A stretch of DNA of 64,000 nt from Candidatus Latescibacterota bacterium (GCA_965116875.1 OZ220733.1:2240001-2304000), one strand, 5' to 3'. Shown: positions 38,032 through 50,600, counted from the first letter of the stretch. Program-made: numbers and translations. Notes: a model not told the origin generated them from the letters alone.

Positions 38032-41028
38032 CTAGAATCCCTCCAGGCGGCTCAGGTCCGCAACGCCGTTGGCGAGAGAGGCGATGCGTTGAACCATGGC
38101 CAGGCGCGCCCGGCGTAGTACCGGATCTTCATCCATCACCAGGACGTCCTCGAAGAAGCGGTTGATCGGGCCGCGAAGATCAGCCAGCACCGTTCCAAGG
38201 GTACCGATCCCGTCATCCGAACGGTCCATTGAGCGTTGAGCCGCTTCCCATTTCAGATGCAGGGCCCGCGAGGAAGGATCCGGATCTGCCTCCGGATTCA
38301 GGGAATAGGATTCATCCAGGTCACGAACGATGCGCTTGCAGCGCGCGTATGCATGGAGCGTTTCCGACCAGTTTTCCGAGCGGACCATCTGATCGAGTCC
38401 TTCCACGGTGGTTCTGAGCCCGAACGGGTCGTCGCATCCGCCCCCAAGCGCAGCCTCGACAACGTCATGACGAAAACCTTCCTCTTTGAGCTGTACGCCC
38501 AGGCGTCGCAGGATGAACGTATACGCTTCGTCCAGCCGATTGGGTTCAACCCGGATTGGAAGCCCGGCCGCCGCGGCCTCAAGTCCCTTCTTCAGGGAAA
38601 AGTGACGGCGTCTCCCGACAAGCAGCGCCAGCAGGCCCAGCGCGTCCCGACGCAACCCGTAGGGGTCGGCGGTCGACCGGGGCTTGATTCCGGCGCAGAA
38701 CAGACCGGCCAGGCTGTCCAGCCGGTCGGCGATGGAAACCGCGAATCCGGACTCGCTTGACGGCAGTACATCGCCGGGAAACCGAGGAAGATAATGCTCC
38801 TGGATGGCCGACGCCACTGCGTTGGATTCCCTGGACAACAAGGCATAGTAGCGGCCCATCACGCCCTGAAGGGACGTCATCTCCACGACCATTCCGGTGG
38901 CCAGATCGGCTTTGCACAGGCGGGACGCCCGTTTGGCCGTAATCAGCTCTCCTTCGTTCAGGCCCAGATCTGACCCGACGACAGGGAGCAGTTGCTCGAT
39001 TCTCACGCTCTTGTCCCTGACGGAGCCCAGTTCGTCCTGGAAGGTGAGCGTATCCAGACGCGGCAGGTATTCCTCCAGGGCCTTTCGGCCGTCTTCCCGG
39101 TAGAAGAAAGCGGCGTCCGCATATCTGGCGCGAACGACACTCTCGTTCCCTCGGACGACCGGACCGGGATCGGCCGGCCGGCCGTTGGACACCGCCACGA
39201 ACCACGGCAGCAGCCGGCCTGTTTCAGGGTGTACCACGGGAAAGCAGCGCTGGTACTTCTTGAGTACGGTGACCAGGACCTCTTCGGGAAGTTCGAGATG
39301 CGACTCGTCGAAACCGCCGCGCAGCGCGAATGGCGCTTCGACCAGGTCGGTAACTTCATCGAGCAGATCGGGATCCTCCGGAACACTGCCGCCGACCTCG
39401 CGCGCCCGCTCGAGTACCTGATTCCATATGGCTTCCCTTCGCCGTTCGCGGCTGACGATCAGGCCCAGTTCCTCCATCTTCGGGCGATAGGCGTCTGCGG
39501 ACGCCAACGGAACGGGCGGATCGCCATCGGGCCTCAGGCCGCGGCTGGTACCTCCACTCCGGATCCGTGCGAATGGAAACGATATGATCCGGTTTCCGAA
39601 TAGGGCGACGATCCAGCGCAGAGGTCGGGGATAGGCGAAGCCGCCGGAATCCCAGCGCATCGTTTTCGGGAAGTTCAACCCGTCGATCAGGCCCGGAAGG
39701 TGTTCGGTCAGGACTTGCGGCGTTTCAAGTCCGGGCTCGTGGCGCCGGGCATAGACATATTCAACGCCTTTATCGTCCTTCCTGTGTTCCACCGAACCGG
39801 TCGAGATACCCTGTCCGCGGCAGAACCCTTCAAGTGCGCGCGTCGGCCTGCCTTCACCGTCGTACGCGGCCCTGACGGCCGGACCGCGGACCTCCCGCTC
39901 CCGGTCGGGCTGGCGTCCCTGGAGATTCCTGACGCTGGCTACAAGCCTTCTGGGCGTGCCCGTTATTTCGATTTCGTCATAACCAAGCCTCTGTTCTCGC
40001 AGAAGCTCGGGAAGGGACCGTTCGAGCTGCTCGATGCCGGAACGCACGTCATCTGGTGGCAATTCCTCGGATCCGATCTCCAGAAGCAGGTCGGCGCGCT
40101 CCTGTGAACCAACGTCCCCACCGGGTTTCGGAGCGTGCGCCTCCACGGTTTTCCTGATGAGGGGGTGGCCTGACGCTTCACGCTGTTCCACAAACCCTTC
40201 GGCGACCTGCCTCGCGAGGTCGCGTATCCGTGCGAAGTACCGCGCACGCTCGGTTACGCCTATGGCGCCCCGGGTGTCCAGCAGGTTGAAGGTGTGAGAG
40301 CAACGCAGGACGTAGTCGTGGGCGGGAATCACGAGTCCGCGGTCTATGGCGGCTTTCGCTTCGTCATGGAACAGATCGAACATGGACTGCAGGCGACCGA
40401 CGTCCGCGTGGTGGAACTCGTAATTGCAATATTCCACCTCCTGCTGCCGGAGAATGTCGCCGTAGGAAACCTGTTCGTTCCAGCGGAGTTGCCAGACTTC
40501 GCGAACGTCCTGCACGTACATGGCGATACGTTCCATGCCGTAGGTGATCTCCACGGGCACGGGGTCGAGCTGCTGGCCTCCGGCCTGCTGGAAATAGGTG
40601 AACTGGGTGATTTCCAGGCCGTCGAGCCAGACCTCCCAGCCCAGGCCCCACGCGCCGAGACCGGGCGATTCCCAATTGTCCTCCACGAAACGGATGTCGT
40701 GGTGCCTGCGGCTGAGACCCAACGCCTCCAGGCTGTCCAGGTAGAGTTCCTGGGGGTTGCCCGGCTCCGGCTTGAGAACAACCTGGTACTGCGTGTGCAT
40801 CTGCATTCTGTTCGGGTTTTCGCCGAATCGACCGTCGTCGGGTCGAAAGCTGGGTTCTACGTACGCCACGTTCCACGGCTCCGGCCCCAGCACCCGAAGC
40901 GCCGTACTCGGATTCCATGTGCCCGCGCCCACCTTTTCGCTGAGCGGCTGCCAGACGATACACCCATGATTCGCCCAGAATCGCTCAAGGCGAAGAATGA
41001 GTTCCTGGAAGGTCGTTTCGGCCTTCAC
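38032..41028 (-). CDS. glyQS: Glycine--tRNA ligase, fused alpha and beta subunits
   Basis: Alpha motifs ([35 protein letters not shown]) continuous with beta motifs ([23 protein letters not shown]). GTG start at 41028. Confidence 0.95.
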   Translation of the reverse strand: MKAETTFQELILRLERFWANHGCIVWQPLSEKVGAGTWNPSTALRVLGPEPWNVAYVEPSFRPDDGRFGENPNRMQMHTQYQVVLKPEPGNPQELYLDSLEALGLSRRHHDIRFVEDNWESPGLGAWGLGWEVWLDGLEITQFTYFQQAGGQQLDPVPVEITYGMERIAMYVQDVREVWQLRWNEQVSYGDILRQQEVEYCNYEFHHADVGRLQSMFDLFHDEAKAAIDRGLVIPAHDYVLRCSHTFNLLDTRGAIGVTERARYFARIRDLARQVAEGFVEQREASGHPLIRKTVEAHAPKPGGDVGSQERADLLLEIGSEELPPDDVRSGIEQLERSLPELLREQRLGYDEIEITGTPRRLVASVRNLQGRQPDREREVRGPAVRAAYDGEGRPTRALEGFCRGQGISTGSVEHRKDDKGVEYVYARRHEPGLETPQVLTEHLPGLIDGLNFPKTMRWDSGGFAYPRPLRWIVALFGNRIISFPFARIRSGGTSRGLRPDGDPPVPLASADAYRPKMEELGLIVSRERRREAIWNQVLERAREVGGSVPEDPDLLDEVTDLVEAPFALRGGFDESHLELPEEVLVTVLKKYQRCFPVVHPETGRLLPWFVAVSNGRPADPGPVVRGNESVVRARYADAAFFYREDGRKALEEYLPRLDTLTFQDELGSVRDKSVRIEQLLPVVGSDLGLNEGELITAKRASRLCKADLATGMVVEMTSLQGVMGRYYALLSRESNAVASAIQEHYLPRFPGDVLPSSESGFAVSIADRLDSLAGLFCAGIKPRSTADPYGLRRDALGLLALLVGRRRHFSLKKGLEAAAAGLPIRVEPNRLDEAYTFILRRLGVQLKEEGFRHDVVEAALGGGCDDPFGLRTTVEGLDQMVRSENWSETLHAYARCKRIVRDLDESYSLNPEADPDPSSRALHLKWEAAQRSMDRSDDGIGTLGTVLADLRGPINRFFEDVLVMDEDPVLRRARLAMVQRIASLANGVADLSRLEGF

Positions 41029-41077
41029 GGGCCTTTTCCTTTCTGTGTTCCCGGCGGACGATTTCCGATCGAGCAAT

Positions 41078-42280
41078 CTAACCCGACCCGGAGATCCGCT
41101 CGATGGGCGTCTTGGAGACTCTGGCTTTAACGATTTTCTGGATCTGCCTGATCGAACGCTCGACGTTCCTGACTTTCTTCTTGCCGTTGTGTACGGCAAC
41201 CGTAAGGTCCATCCGGCGGGTATCGCCGGCATCGAGGCTGACGACCCGGCCCTGTTTGCGCTCGAAAGGCTTCGGGTTCGGGTAGTTGGTGGCCGGTTCC
41301 AGGCCCGCGACGTACCCGTCTTCGGCTGCCGCGGTATTCTTCCAGAGCGTAAAACAGGGCAACTGGTTGAGCGAGCAGTGCAGGCTGGAACCCAGGTCTC
41401 CTTTGGCGTTCCTGAGCAAGATCGCCGTCTGTCCGCTGCCACGCTTTCCCGCCAGTTCATAAAAGAAGACCTGTTCGACAAAACCGGACTCCGGCGCCCC
41501 GAATTTGCCATATGTGGAGGCCCCCTTCTGCGCCGTGGCGTCTCTGGGAGATACGGATTTCACGGGCGCTACAAGGGCGCTGCCCTCTTCCAGCAGCGGA
41601 GGGCCGTAATTGCAGTGGTACAACATCTGCATTTCGGCGGGTCTGTTGTTGAGATTGGTAATCCGATCTGAAATGGTAAAGCTGTTGGATCCGGGCTCCG
41701 TGGAAATGTGCGTGGTCAATCGCAGCGCGGGACCGAACATCATGGCTTCGTCCACAACGCCAACCACGGTGATTCGATGCGGCGGAGACAGGTCGATGAG
41801 AACCTCGACGCGGCGCGCGGGAATGTTCGCGATCTTCCCGTGCAGGGGAAGGAAAACGGTGGCATGGTTGCCATTGTTGTCGATGACCACGTCGTTCGTC
41901 GGCGCGCCGTTGCTTTCCATGCCGCAGCGAACGATCCACTCGTTGAAGCCCTTCAGCCAGCCGAGGCCACCCCGGTCGTTGGCATCGACGTGGGCCGGAT
42001 GGACCAGGTCGCGAACGGGGGATTCCCAGCCCAGTGGGATACCCCGGTAGACGCCCTTCCAGATGCCCATGCCGCGTGTCGGTACGATCGTGAACGAGAA
42101 AGCGCCGTTGTTCACTTCAACAAGGTCGATACCCGCCTGCAGGCCGCCGTGAAGGGTTTTCTTTTGTACGCTCCACGCATATCCGGTCCCCAGCGAGAGG
42201 GTTTCCTCATCCATGCATCCGGACTCGACCCATTGGCCGCGATCCACGTCGGTCAGCACGTGACGAAACACGCCGCCCAT
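41078..42280 (-). CDS. DUF4432 family aldose 1-epimerase-like protein
   Basis: [11 protein letters not shown]....[17 protein letters not shown] and GLEPAT motifs; AAGGAG RBS. Confidence 0.85.
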   Translation of the reverse strand: MGGVFRHVLTDVDRGQWVESGCMDEETLSLGTGYAWSVQKKTLHGGLQAGIDLVEVNNGAFSFTIVPTRGMGIWKGVYRGIPLGWESPVRDLVHPAHVDANDRGGLGWLKGFNEWIVRCGMESNGAPTNDVVIDNNGNHATVFLPLHGKIANIPARRVEVLIDLSPPHRITVVGVVDEAMMFGPALRLTTHISTEPGSNSFTISDRITNLNNRPAEMQMLYHCNYGPPLLEEGSALVAPVKSVSPRDATAQKGASTYGKFGAPESGFVEQVFFYELAGKRGSGQTAILLRNAKGDLGSSLHCSLNQLPCFTLWKNTAAAEDGYVAGLEPATNYPNPKPFERKQGRVVSLDAGDTRRMDLTVAVHNGKKKVRNVERSIRQIQKIVKARVSKTPIERISGSG

Positions 42281-42530
42281 GTCGAACTCCTTGTATAATA
42301 GGAGGTTGTAATACGAGACACGCCTGAAGCCCAGAGTTCGAAATATACTGTACCCCTGACTGTGTGTCAATGAAAGAAGCCCTGCGGAATCCATCCTGAA
42401 ACGGCCATGCGGCTTCATCCATCCGGTCCGGCGGAGGATTTTCGAGGTTCGGATTCCCATCGATTTACCAGTACACTTGACAATCCGTACGCCGGTCTTT
42501 AGCATGGTGTCAATACGCGATTTGGTTGTA

Positions 42531-42693
42531 AGAAGCTGTTTTAAAATTCCTGGTGAGTCCCGAGCGCGAGCGAAAATGTGTCGGTCAAGGCGGGCAAATT
42601 CGCCCATATTTGGGTATACGGGTGGATTTGACCAACACAGACCGACGCTTTTGCAGCCGCGCGAAGACCGCTGGGGGTTTTAAGACAGCTTCT
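42531..42693. mobile_element. MITE family B, ~163 bp copy with both ends
   Basis: Terminal inverted repeats agaagctgttttaaaattcc / ggggttttaagacagcttct; internal hairpin; partial copy at 12400. Confidence 0.8.
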
Positions 42694-42711
42694 AAGGCGA
42701 AAGGAGAGGAC

Positions 42712-44076
42712 GTGGCGGCTCTCAAGACGGTTTTTTTCTGCGGCATCGGGGGCAGCGGCATGAGCGCGCTGGCGCAGGTGTTGCGCCATCAGGGGCTTGC
42801 GGTGAGGGGGTCGGACCGTCGCCGGGACCACGGCCAGAGTGCGGAGCTGTTCGAGAATCTCCGCGCTCAGGGGATTGCGTTGTTCCCACAGGATGGGTCG
42901 GGCGTTGATTCTTCCGTTGACGAACTGATCGTGTCAGCCGCGGTGGAGGAACATATCCCCGACGTGCGCGCCGCGCTGCGCCGGGCGATTCCGGTGCGCA
43001 AGCGCGCGGAGGTGCTGGCCGAACTATTCAACGCGGCGGAGGGCGTAGCCGTTGGCGGCACGAGTGGAAAGACGACTGTTGCCGGTATGATCGCCCACGT
43101 CCTGAAGCAGGCGGGCCGAAACCCTACAGCGATTCTCGGAGGTTCGCTGCTGAACGGCTCGTCACCGCCGTCGGGCAACGCCATCTGCGGCGATTCCGGT
43201 CTGCAGGTGATTGAGGCAGACGAGAGCGACGGCACGATTGTCCTGTACGAGCCTTCGATTTCGGTTCTGACCAATATTTCGCTGGACCACAAGCCACTGC
43301 CGGAACTGCGCGGGATGTTTCTGGAGTTTGTACAAAAGGCCCGTCGGACGGCCGTCATCAATATGGACTGCGAGCTTTCCGCGGCGCTCGACGTTGAGGG
43401 GATCGGTTTTGGGGTGGACAATTGCCGCGCGCATGTCTGCGCCGACAATGTCCAGCCAATGGCGGATGGCGTGGCGTTTGAGGTCAGCGGGACCGACTTT
43501 CGCCTGATGGTGCCCGGCAGGCACAATGTTTCGAACGCCGCCGCGGCCGTGGCCGCCTGCTTGGCATTGGATGTTCCCCTGGCGCAAACGGCCGACGCGC
43601 TGGCGACCTTTGCGGGCATCCGGCGCCGCCTGCAGGTACTGGGCACCGCGGGCGGCGTGACGGTGATCGACGATTTCGCACACAATCCCGACAAGATTGC
43701 GGCCACGCTCTCCGCGCTCAGAGAACAACCCGGAAGGCTGCTGGTGATGTTCCAGCCCACCGGATTCGCGCCAACGCGGTTTCTCAAGGACGGATTGATC
43801 TCGGCCTTTTCAGCGGGGATGGCGTGTGAAGACGTGCTTGCGATGCCGGAGATTTTCTACGCGGGCGGAACCGCGGTGCGCGATATTTCGTCCCGTGATC
43901 TGGTCGAAGCGATTTCAGGGCAGGGCGTGAACGCGGCGTTTTTCAATACGCGAAAGGAAGTCGCGCGCTGGCTTGCCGAAGAAGCGCGACCGGGGGACCG
44001 GGTCGTAATCATGGGCGCGCGCGACGACACGCTGACCGATTTCGCCAATGGGATATTGCAGTCATTGGCGTCCTGA
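42712..44076 (+). CDS. murC: Mur ligase, MurC/Mpl-like
   Basis: GIGGSGMSALA, GTSGKTT, EADESDG, LDH and DDFAHNP motifs; outside the dcw cluster. Confidence 0.8.
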   Translation: MAALKTVFFCGIGGSGMSALAQVLRHQGLAVRGSDRRRDHGQSAELFENLRAQGIALFPQDGSGVDSSVDELIVSAAVEEHIPDVRAALRRAIPVRKRAEVLAELFNAAEGVAVGGTSGKTTVAGMIAHVLKQAGRNPTAILGGSLLNGSSPPSGNAICGDSGLQVIEADESDGTIVLYEPSISVLTNISLDHKPLPELRGMFLEFVQKARRTAVINMDCELSAALDVEGIGFGVDNCRAHVCADNVQPMADGVAFEVSGTDFRLMVPGRHNVSNAAAAVAACLALDVPLAQTADALATFAGIRRRLQVLGTAGGVTVIDDFAHNPDKIAATLSALREQPGRLLVMFQPTGFAPTRFLKDGLISAFSAGMACEDVLAMPEIFYAGGTAVRDISSRDLVEAISGQGVNAAFFNTRKEVARWLAEEARPGDRVVIMGARDDTLTDFANGILQSLAS

Positions 44077-44136
44077 AGCCCCTTGCAGGTTTTTCGCCCA
44101 TTTGACGTCGTTTGATCTGAATTCGGGAGCGTCCTT

Positions 44137-45042
44137 TTGATTGTTCCACCATATATACAACCGGGCGACCTGATCGGAATCGTGTCGCCATCCGGATCCT
44201 TCGAACGGGAGCGATTGCGACCCGGCCTAACGTACCTCCGGAAGAGGGGCTTCCGGGTGCGGGTTGGATCGGCGGCTTACGACCGGGATCGGTACCTCGC
44301 GGGAAAGGATCCCGAACGCGCGAAGGATCTGAACGCCATGTTCGCCGATCCCGAGGTCAGGGCAGTCTTTGCGGCCCGGGGCGGATTCGGTTCAGCGCGG
44401 ATCCTTGGGTCTCTGGACTATGGTGCAATCCGCAAATGTCCGAAGCCCCTGGTGGGGTTCAGCGACACGACCGCGCTGCAATTGGGGATTTACAGTCGCA
44501 CGGGGATGGTGAGTTACTCCGGCGTGACACTGTGCGCAGACGTTTCGGCCTCCGGAATGCCGGACGCAACGGAAACGTCTCTGTGGAACGCGCTCATGCA
44601 CGGGCGATTTGACGACGTGGCCGGCGTCGCGGCGATTCGGGGTCGAGCCGCGGAAGGAAAGCTGCTGGGCGGCTGTCTCTCGGTGATCGCCTCGCTCATG
44701 GGTACCGGATATATGCCGGATACGAGTGGCGCTCTTCTCTTTCTGGAAGACGTGAACGAAGCCCCCTACCGGGTGGACCGTATGCTGACGCAGTTACAAA
44801 TGGCGGGAGTATTCGACCGTGTGGCCGGCGTCGTATTCGGGCAGTTCGAAGGCTGCGATCCGGAACGGGAGGAGGTCGAAGGAACCGTGGACGGCGTTCT
44901 CCGTGATTTTTCAACTTCGGTCTCCGCCCCGGTCTTTTGGGGACTGCCTTATGGGCACGGCGAGGGACGGCGCGTGCTGCCGATCGGCCGCCGGGCGACC
45001 GTGGACGGAAGCCGGGGGACGTTGATAATCGAATCTCAATGA
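44137..45042 (+). CDS. ldcA: LD-carboxypeptidase (peptidase S66)
   Basis: RGGFGS, GFSDTT (catalytic Ser), LEDVNE (Glu) and YGH (His). Confidence 0.88.
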   Translation: MIVPPYIQPGDLIGIVSPSGSFERERLRPGLTYLRKRGFRVRVGSAAYDRDRYLAGKDPERAKDLNAMFADPEVRAVFAARGGFGSARILGSLDYGAIRKCPKPLVGFSDTTALQLGIYSRTGMVSYSGVTLCADVSASGMPDATETSLWNALMHGRFDDVAGVAAIRGRAAEGKLLGGCLSVIASLMGTGYMPDTSGALLFLEDVNEAPYRVDRMLTQLQMAGVFDRVAGVVFGQFEGCDPEREEVEGTVDGVLRDFSTSVSAPVFWGLPYGHGEGRRVLPIGRRATVDGSRGTLIIESQ

Positions 45043-45054
45043 GAGGCCACTCTC

Positions 45055-45903
45055 GTGATGTCACGGATGATTTGCTTGCGTCGGCTGATTACGGTCTTCC
45101 TGGTGGGATCGGTGGCGTCGTGCGCGACGATCGGCCGGTTCAACATATTGAGCACGGAACAGGAAGTCGAAATCGGCCGCGAAGCGGCACGGGAGATCGA
45201 GCGTGAGCTCAAGCTCTACAACGATCCCGTCGTGACGGCGTACATCAACAGCCTCGGCCAGAAGCTTGCGCGGTATTCGCGGCGTTCCGGCCTGACGTAC
45301 TATTTCAAGGTCGTGGATACGGACGAGGTGAACGCCTTCGCGCTTCCCGGAGGTTGGCTGTACGTGAACCGGGGTCTCATTACAACGGCGGAGAACGAAT
45401 CGGAACTCGCGGGAGTTATCGGTCACGAAATCGGCCATGTAGACAGGAAACACGGCGCCAGGGCCATCAGCAGGCAGCTTGGTGCGGCGATGTTTCTGGA
45501 CGTGACTCTGGGCGGAGCGGACGCATCCGCAAAACGCCGGGCAGGAAGGCAGGTCGCCGCTTTTTTCATCGGCGTGAAACAGTTGAGTTATGGCCGGGAT
45601 GCCGAGCGGGAATCAGACCGGTTCGCCGTGGAATCAACATACGCGGCGGGAATCGATCCGGAGGGTACGGCCACGTTTTTCGAAAAGCTCGTGGCGATGC
45701 AGAAGAAGGAACCGGGTCAGTTGGCGAAGATGTTCTCCACCCATCCTCCGAGCCGGGAGCGGGTTGAGAATGTGCGGGCACAGATCGGCGGACTGCCACC
45801 TAGGGCAGGCTTGACGGCGGATTCAAGACGGTTTCAGACAATTAAAAGGAGAATTCTCGAACGCGAGCGGTCGCGGCGGGGGAAGGAAAGGCGGCGGCGA
45901 TAA
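45055..45903 (+). CDS. M48 family zinc metalloprotease, probable lipoprotein
   Basis: VNAFALPGG, HEIGH, E.ESD and STHP motifs; VASC lipobox-like sequence. Confidence 0.88.
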   Translation: MMSRMICLRRLITVFLVGSVASCATIGRFNILSTEQEVEIGREAAREIERELKLYNDPVVTAYINSLGQKLARYSRRSGLTYYFKVVDTDEVNAFALPGGWLYVNRGLITTAENESELAGVIGHEIGHVDRKHGARAISRQLGAAMFLDVTLGGADASAKRRAGRQVAAFFIGVKQLSYGRDAERESDRFAVESTYAAGIDPEGTATFFEKLVAMQKKEPGQLAKMFSTHPPSRERVENVRAQIGGLPPRAGLTADSRRFQTIKRRILERERSRRGKERRRR

Positions 45904-45929
45904 CAGCACGGACCGGCTGAAAACCGTAT

Positions 45930-47210
45930 CTATCTCCTCAGCTTGTCCAGGTATTGAAAGTACGACGGGAAGGACTTGTCGACGCAGGCCGGATTCCGTA
46001 TTGCGATCCCAGGCGTTTTCAGGCCGATCAATGCCATGCTCATGGCCATGCGGTGATCTTCGTACGTGTCGATTTCGGCCGGGCGGATGCGCGAGGAAGG
46101 ATAAACCGTCACGAAGTCCGGCCCGGCGACCGCGCGGACCCCCAGTCTGGTCAGTTCGGTCGCGATGGCAGCGATGCGGTCGGTCTCCTTGATGCGCAGG
46201 TTGGCGATGTTGCGCGCCGTGACCGGCCCGGCTGCAAAAGGAGCGAGCGCGCAGAGGGTCTGAACCACGTCAGGCATCGCGTTCATGTCCACGTCGATGC
46301 CGGAAAGCCGCTCAGGACCGCGGACCTCGATGCCGTCGGTCCGGTTGCTTACGGCGCAGCCCATTCTGCCCAGAACGTCCACGAATCCCAGGTCACCCTG
46401 TGCGGACTCCGGAGAAAGGTTGCGGACCTTGATCCGGCCTCCCGTGAGCGCCGCCGCGGCGAAGAAGTAGGAAGCGTTGGAAGCGTCCGGCTCAATGGAA
46501 TACTCGGAGGGTGTGTAACGCTGCCCGGCTTTCACGTGGAAGACACTTGCGTCGCGAGCGCCGACATGCACGCCGAAGTCGCGCATAATGCGTACGGTCA
46601 TGTCGATGTACGGCCGGGAGACCAGGTTGCCGGTAACGCGGATCTTGACGTCCTGTCGCGCATACGGCGCCACCATGAGAAGGGCGGAAAGATACTGGCT
46701 GCTCCGGTTTCCCGGCAACTCCGTGCGCCCTCCTTCGAGGCCGGCTCCGTGGACGACAATCGGAGGACACCCGTTTCCCGCCAGGCTCCGTGCGCGAACG
46801 CCAAGGGGACGGAGCGCGTCCATCAGGTCCTGGATCGGCCGTTCTCTCATGCGGGGGTCGCCGTCCAGCGTATACTCGCCACACCCAAGAGAGATATAAC
46901 CGGTAAGAAAACGGGCCGCAGTGCCCGAGTTGCCTACGAAGAGTCTGGCGTTCGGGACCGGTATCCGGCCGCCCGCGCCGTCGACAATGACGGCGCCTTC
47001 GCTTTCGATCCGAGACCGTACACCGAGCGCGGACAGCGCGTCCGCCATATACCGTGTGTCGTCGCTTTCCAGGGCGCCGGAAAGACGGCTCCGGCCGTTG
47101 GCAAGCGCCGCGATCAACAACGCCCGGTTGGTGTAGGACTTGGAGCCGGGCACCGACACATCGGCGTCAACGCGCCGCTGGATCGGTTGGATTTTAATCA
47201 TATCGGACAT
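45930..47210 (-). CDS. aroA: 3-phosphoshikimate 1-carboxyvinyltransferase (EPSP synthase)
   Basis: PGSKSYTNR, GNSGTAARF, SSQYLS, RIKETDR and DHRMAM motifs. Confidence 0.95.
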   Translation of the reverse strand: MSDMIKIQPIQRRVDADVSVPGSKSYTNRALLIAALANGRSRLSGALESDDTRYMADALSALGVRSRIESEGAVIVDGAGGRIPVPNARLFVGNSGTAARFLTGYISLGCGEYTLDGDPRMRERPIQDLMDALRPLGVRARSLAGNGCPPIVVHGAGLEGGRTELPGNRSSQYLSALLMVAPYARQDVKIRVTGNLVSRPYIDMTVRIMRDFGVHVGARDASVFHVKAGQRYTPSEYSIEPDASNASYFFAAAALTGGRIKVRNLSPESAQGDLGFVDVLGRMGCAVSNRTDGIEVRGPERLSGIDVDMNAMPDVVQTLCALAPFAAGPVTARNIANLRIKETDRIAAIATELTRLGVRAVAGPDFVTVYPSSRIRPAEIDTYEDHRMAMSMALIGLKTPGIAIRNPACVDKSFPSYFQYLDKLRR

Positions 47211-47678
47211 CGTGAGGAATCCGGATTCAGGGACGGGTGCAGATACCACCTCGCGGTGGACTGAAATAAGGTAACGCAATGACGCGGGAAGTCCAATTGA
47301 AAAACGCTATTTTCGGGCGGAACTGCCCCGGACACCGTGCAAGACCGGACGCGCCATTGCGGTTGATTTCCTGAGGTTGTTTTTGAAGGTTCCAGGACGG
47401 CGACCGTCCGGATTGCACGCAGGGAAACAAGGGCTTGCCCGTCAGTCCGGCGGTTTTTTCAGGCAGTCCTCTGTGAATCAAACCTGTCAATCTCTCGCTT
47501 GACTTTTCATTGGCCCGGAAGTAAGATTATTCCAACACCGGGATATCTGTGCGCGCCGCGGCGCGACGCGCGTGCGGGTTCCACGGTTTTCCCCTCCCCC
47601 GGCGCAGTTCCCCATTCCAGGCAGCCCTGTTCTCCCGAGACATTCCCGCCCGACCCGGTACATCCGGAGAAACTCTCG

Positions 47679-50600
47679 ATGGCCGAATTTGTGCATCTCC
47701 ATAGCCACAGTATGTACAGCCTGCTGGATGGCGCCTGCAAGATTGACAGTCTTGCCGCCAGGGCCGCCGAGTGGGGGATGCCCGCTGCCGCCATTACGGA
47801 CCACGGCAATCTCTTTGGCGCGGTGGACTTTTACCGTGCGATGAAAAAGGCGGGCGTCAAGCCCATTATAGGGTGCGAAGTATATTGCGCCATCGAAAGC
47901 CGATTCGACAAGAAACCCTCGCGTGGCGTGCCCAGCGGGTCGAACCATCTGGTATTGCTCGCGAAAAACACACGCGGGTATTACAACCTGGTAAAGCTGG
48001 TCTCGGCCGGATACATGGAAGGGTTCTACTACCATCCCAGAATCGACAAGGAGTTGCTGCGAGAACACGCCGAGGGCCTGGTCTGTCTGTCGGGATGCCT
48101 GAGCGGTGAGGTGCCGCATCTGATCGAGCGTGAGGGCGTGAAGGTTGCGATGTCCGCGGTGGAAGAGTACCTCGACATCTTCGGCGAAGACTATTACCTG
48201 GAAATCCAGCGGCACGGCATCGATAGAGAACCCAGAATCAACGACGGACTCATCCGGATTCACGGCGAAACGGGCGTACCGCTCGTGGCGACGAACGACT
48301 CCCATTTTCTGGGCGCGGACGATCACGAAGCTCACGCCGTACTCGTGGCGCTACAGACCGGAAAGACCCTGAACGACCCAGGCAGGATGTGTTATCCGGA
48401 AGACGTCTATTTCAAGTCCGTGAGCGAGATGCAGGCGCTCTTTTCGGATCTCCCCCAGGCTCTTGAGCAAACGCTGGAGATCGCTGAGAAGGTCAATATA
48501 GAACTCGCGTTCGGGGACTACCTTGCGCCGGAGTTTCCGTTACCGGCTGAATTTCAGTCGGCCGACGACTACCTCAAACACCTGGCCAGACGAGGTCTGC
48601 AAGACCGTTTCGATCTTATTTCGCAGAATCTGCGGGATCGCCTCGAGTTCGAACTGGACCTGATTGTAAGCAAGGGACTCGCGGGGTATTTCCTCATCGT
48701 CTGGGATTATGTCAACTATGCAAAGGGGCAGGGAATCTCGGTGGGGCCGGGGCGCGGCTCCTGCGCCGGGAGCCTGGCGGCATATTCGTTACGGATAACC
48801 GACCTGGATCCGATAAAGCACAATCTGTTGTTCGAGAGATTCCTGAACCCCGAGCGCGTGAGCCTGCCCGACATCGACATCGATTTCTCGGACAAGAAGC
48901 GCGACCAGGTGATCAGATACGTCTCGGAAAAGTACGGCGAGCGCAACGTGTGTCAGATCATCACGTTCGGTACCCTGAAGGCCAAGGCGGCAATCCGGGA
49001 CGTGGGTCGCGTACTCGACATGTCATTTGGCGAGGTCGACCGGATTGCCAAGCTGGTACCCAACGATTTGAAGATGACGCTGGACAAGGCGATCCAGCAG
49101 GTGCCGGAGTTGAAACAGATGGCGGACGGCGACGGTAATGAGGCGCAGCTGATCAGGCATGCGCGGGCGCTGGAAGGGCTGGCCCGGCATGCCTCCGTCC
49201 ACGCGGCGGCAGTGATTATCGCACCGGACAATCTGACGAATTTCGTGCCTCTTTACAAAGCCCCGAAAGACGGCAAGGTGACCACCCAGTTCGACGGGCC
49301 GACCTGCGAGGACATCGGCCTTCTGAAAATGGACTTCCTGGGCCTCAAGGAACTTTCGCTCGCCGACGAAACAGTCGATCTGATCAAGGCGAAGGAACCG
49401 GCGTTTGACCTGACGAAGATCCCTGAAGACGACGAGAAAACCCTGGATCTGTTCGGACGTGGCGAAACCGTGGGCGTGTTCCAGTTTGAAAGTCCCGGAA
49501 TGAGGGAATACCTGGTGCAGTTGAAACCCGATTGCATCGAGGATATCATCGCGATGAATGCCCTCTACCGCCCCGGACCGATGCAGTACATCCCGAATTT
49601 CGTCGCGCGCAAGCACGGAAAAGAAGGGGTGGTTTACGACCATCCGAAGATGGAGCCCATTCTGAAAGATACGTACGGGATCATGGTGTACCAGGAGCAG
49701 GTGATGCAGATCGTGCAGGTCCTCGCAGGGTTCAGCCTGGGCCAGGCCGACATCCTCCGGGACGCCATGGGCAAGAAAAAGCCCGAAGAAATGGCGCGGC
49801 AGAAGGACGCGTTTATCGACGGGTGCAAGACGCACGGTGTGAATACGAAGCTTGCCCGGAAGATTTTCGCCGATATAGAAGTATTCGCGGGGTATGCGTT
49901 TCCAAAGGCGCACGCGGCGGCGTATGCGGTTGTCGCGTACCGGAACGCCTACCTCAAGGCGAACTATCCACAGGAATACATGGCCGCCAGCCTGAACGGT
50001 GAAATCGGCAATATCGAGCGAATGGTGGTCGTGATTGAAGAGTGCCGAAAGATGAAACTGGAGGTCCTGCCCCCGGACGTGAATACCTCTTACGTGGACT
50101 TCGTGGCTTCAGAAACGGCAATTCTGATGGGAATGGCGGCGGTGAGAAACGTGGGTCGCGGTGCGGTTGAGGCCATTGTAAGCGCGAGGAAAACGGGTGG
50201 AGCATTCAGTTCCCTGTTCGAGTTCTGTGAGCGCGTGGATTTGCGAGCGGTGAACCGCAGGGCTATCGAGAGCCTGATTCGCGCTGGAGCCATGGACCAC
50301 CTGGACGGACATCGAGCGCAGCTTCTACAAGGCCTCGACCGGGCCCTCGACGCGGGTCAGTTCGCGCAGGCAGCCCGGCAGCGTCGTCAGACATCGCTGT
50401 TCGACATGGAAGCCCTTGCAGACCAGTCGGCGGTCATCAACAACCACGTCCTTCCCGAGGAGCCGGAATGGACCGAGCGTGAAAGGCTTGCACACGAGAA
50501 GGAGATGCTCGGATTTTATCTCTCCGGTCATCCTCTGGAAAGGTACCGGGTGGATCTGGCTGCCCTGGGTGTCCGTTCGTCGCAGGACTTGGACGCCCTG

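Noticed and set aside
47370-47475. Possible third MITE (gaggttgtttttgaa...ttttttcaggcagtcctc)
   Set aside because: The inverted repeat is too degenerate and there is no second copy in the window.
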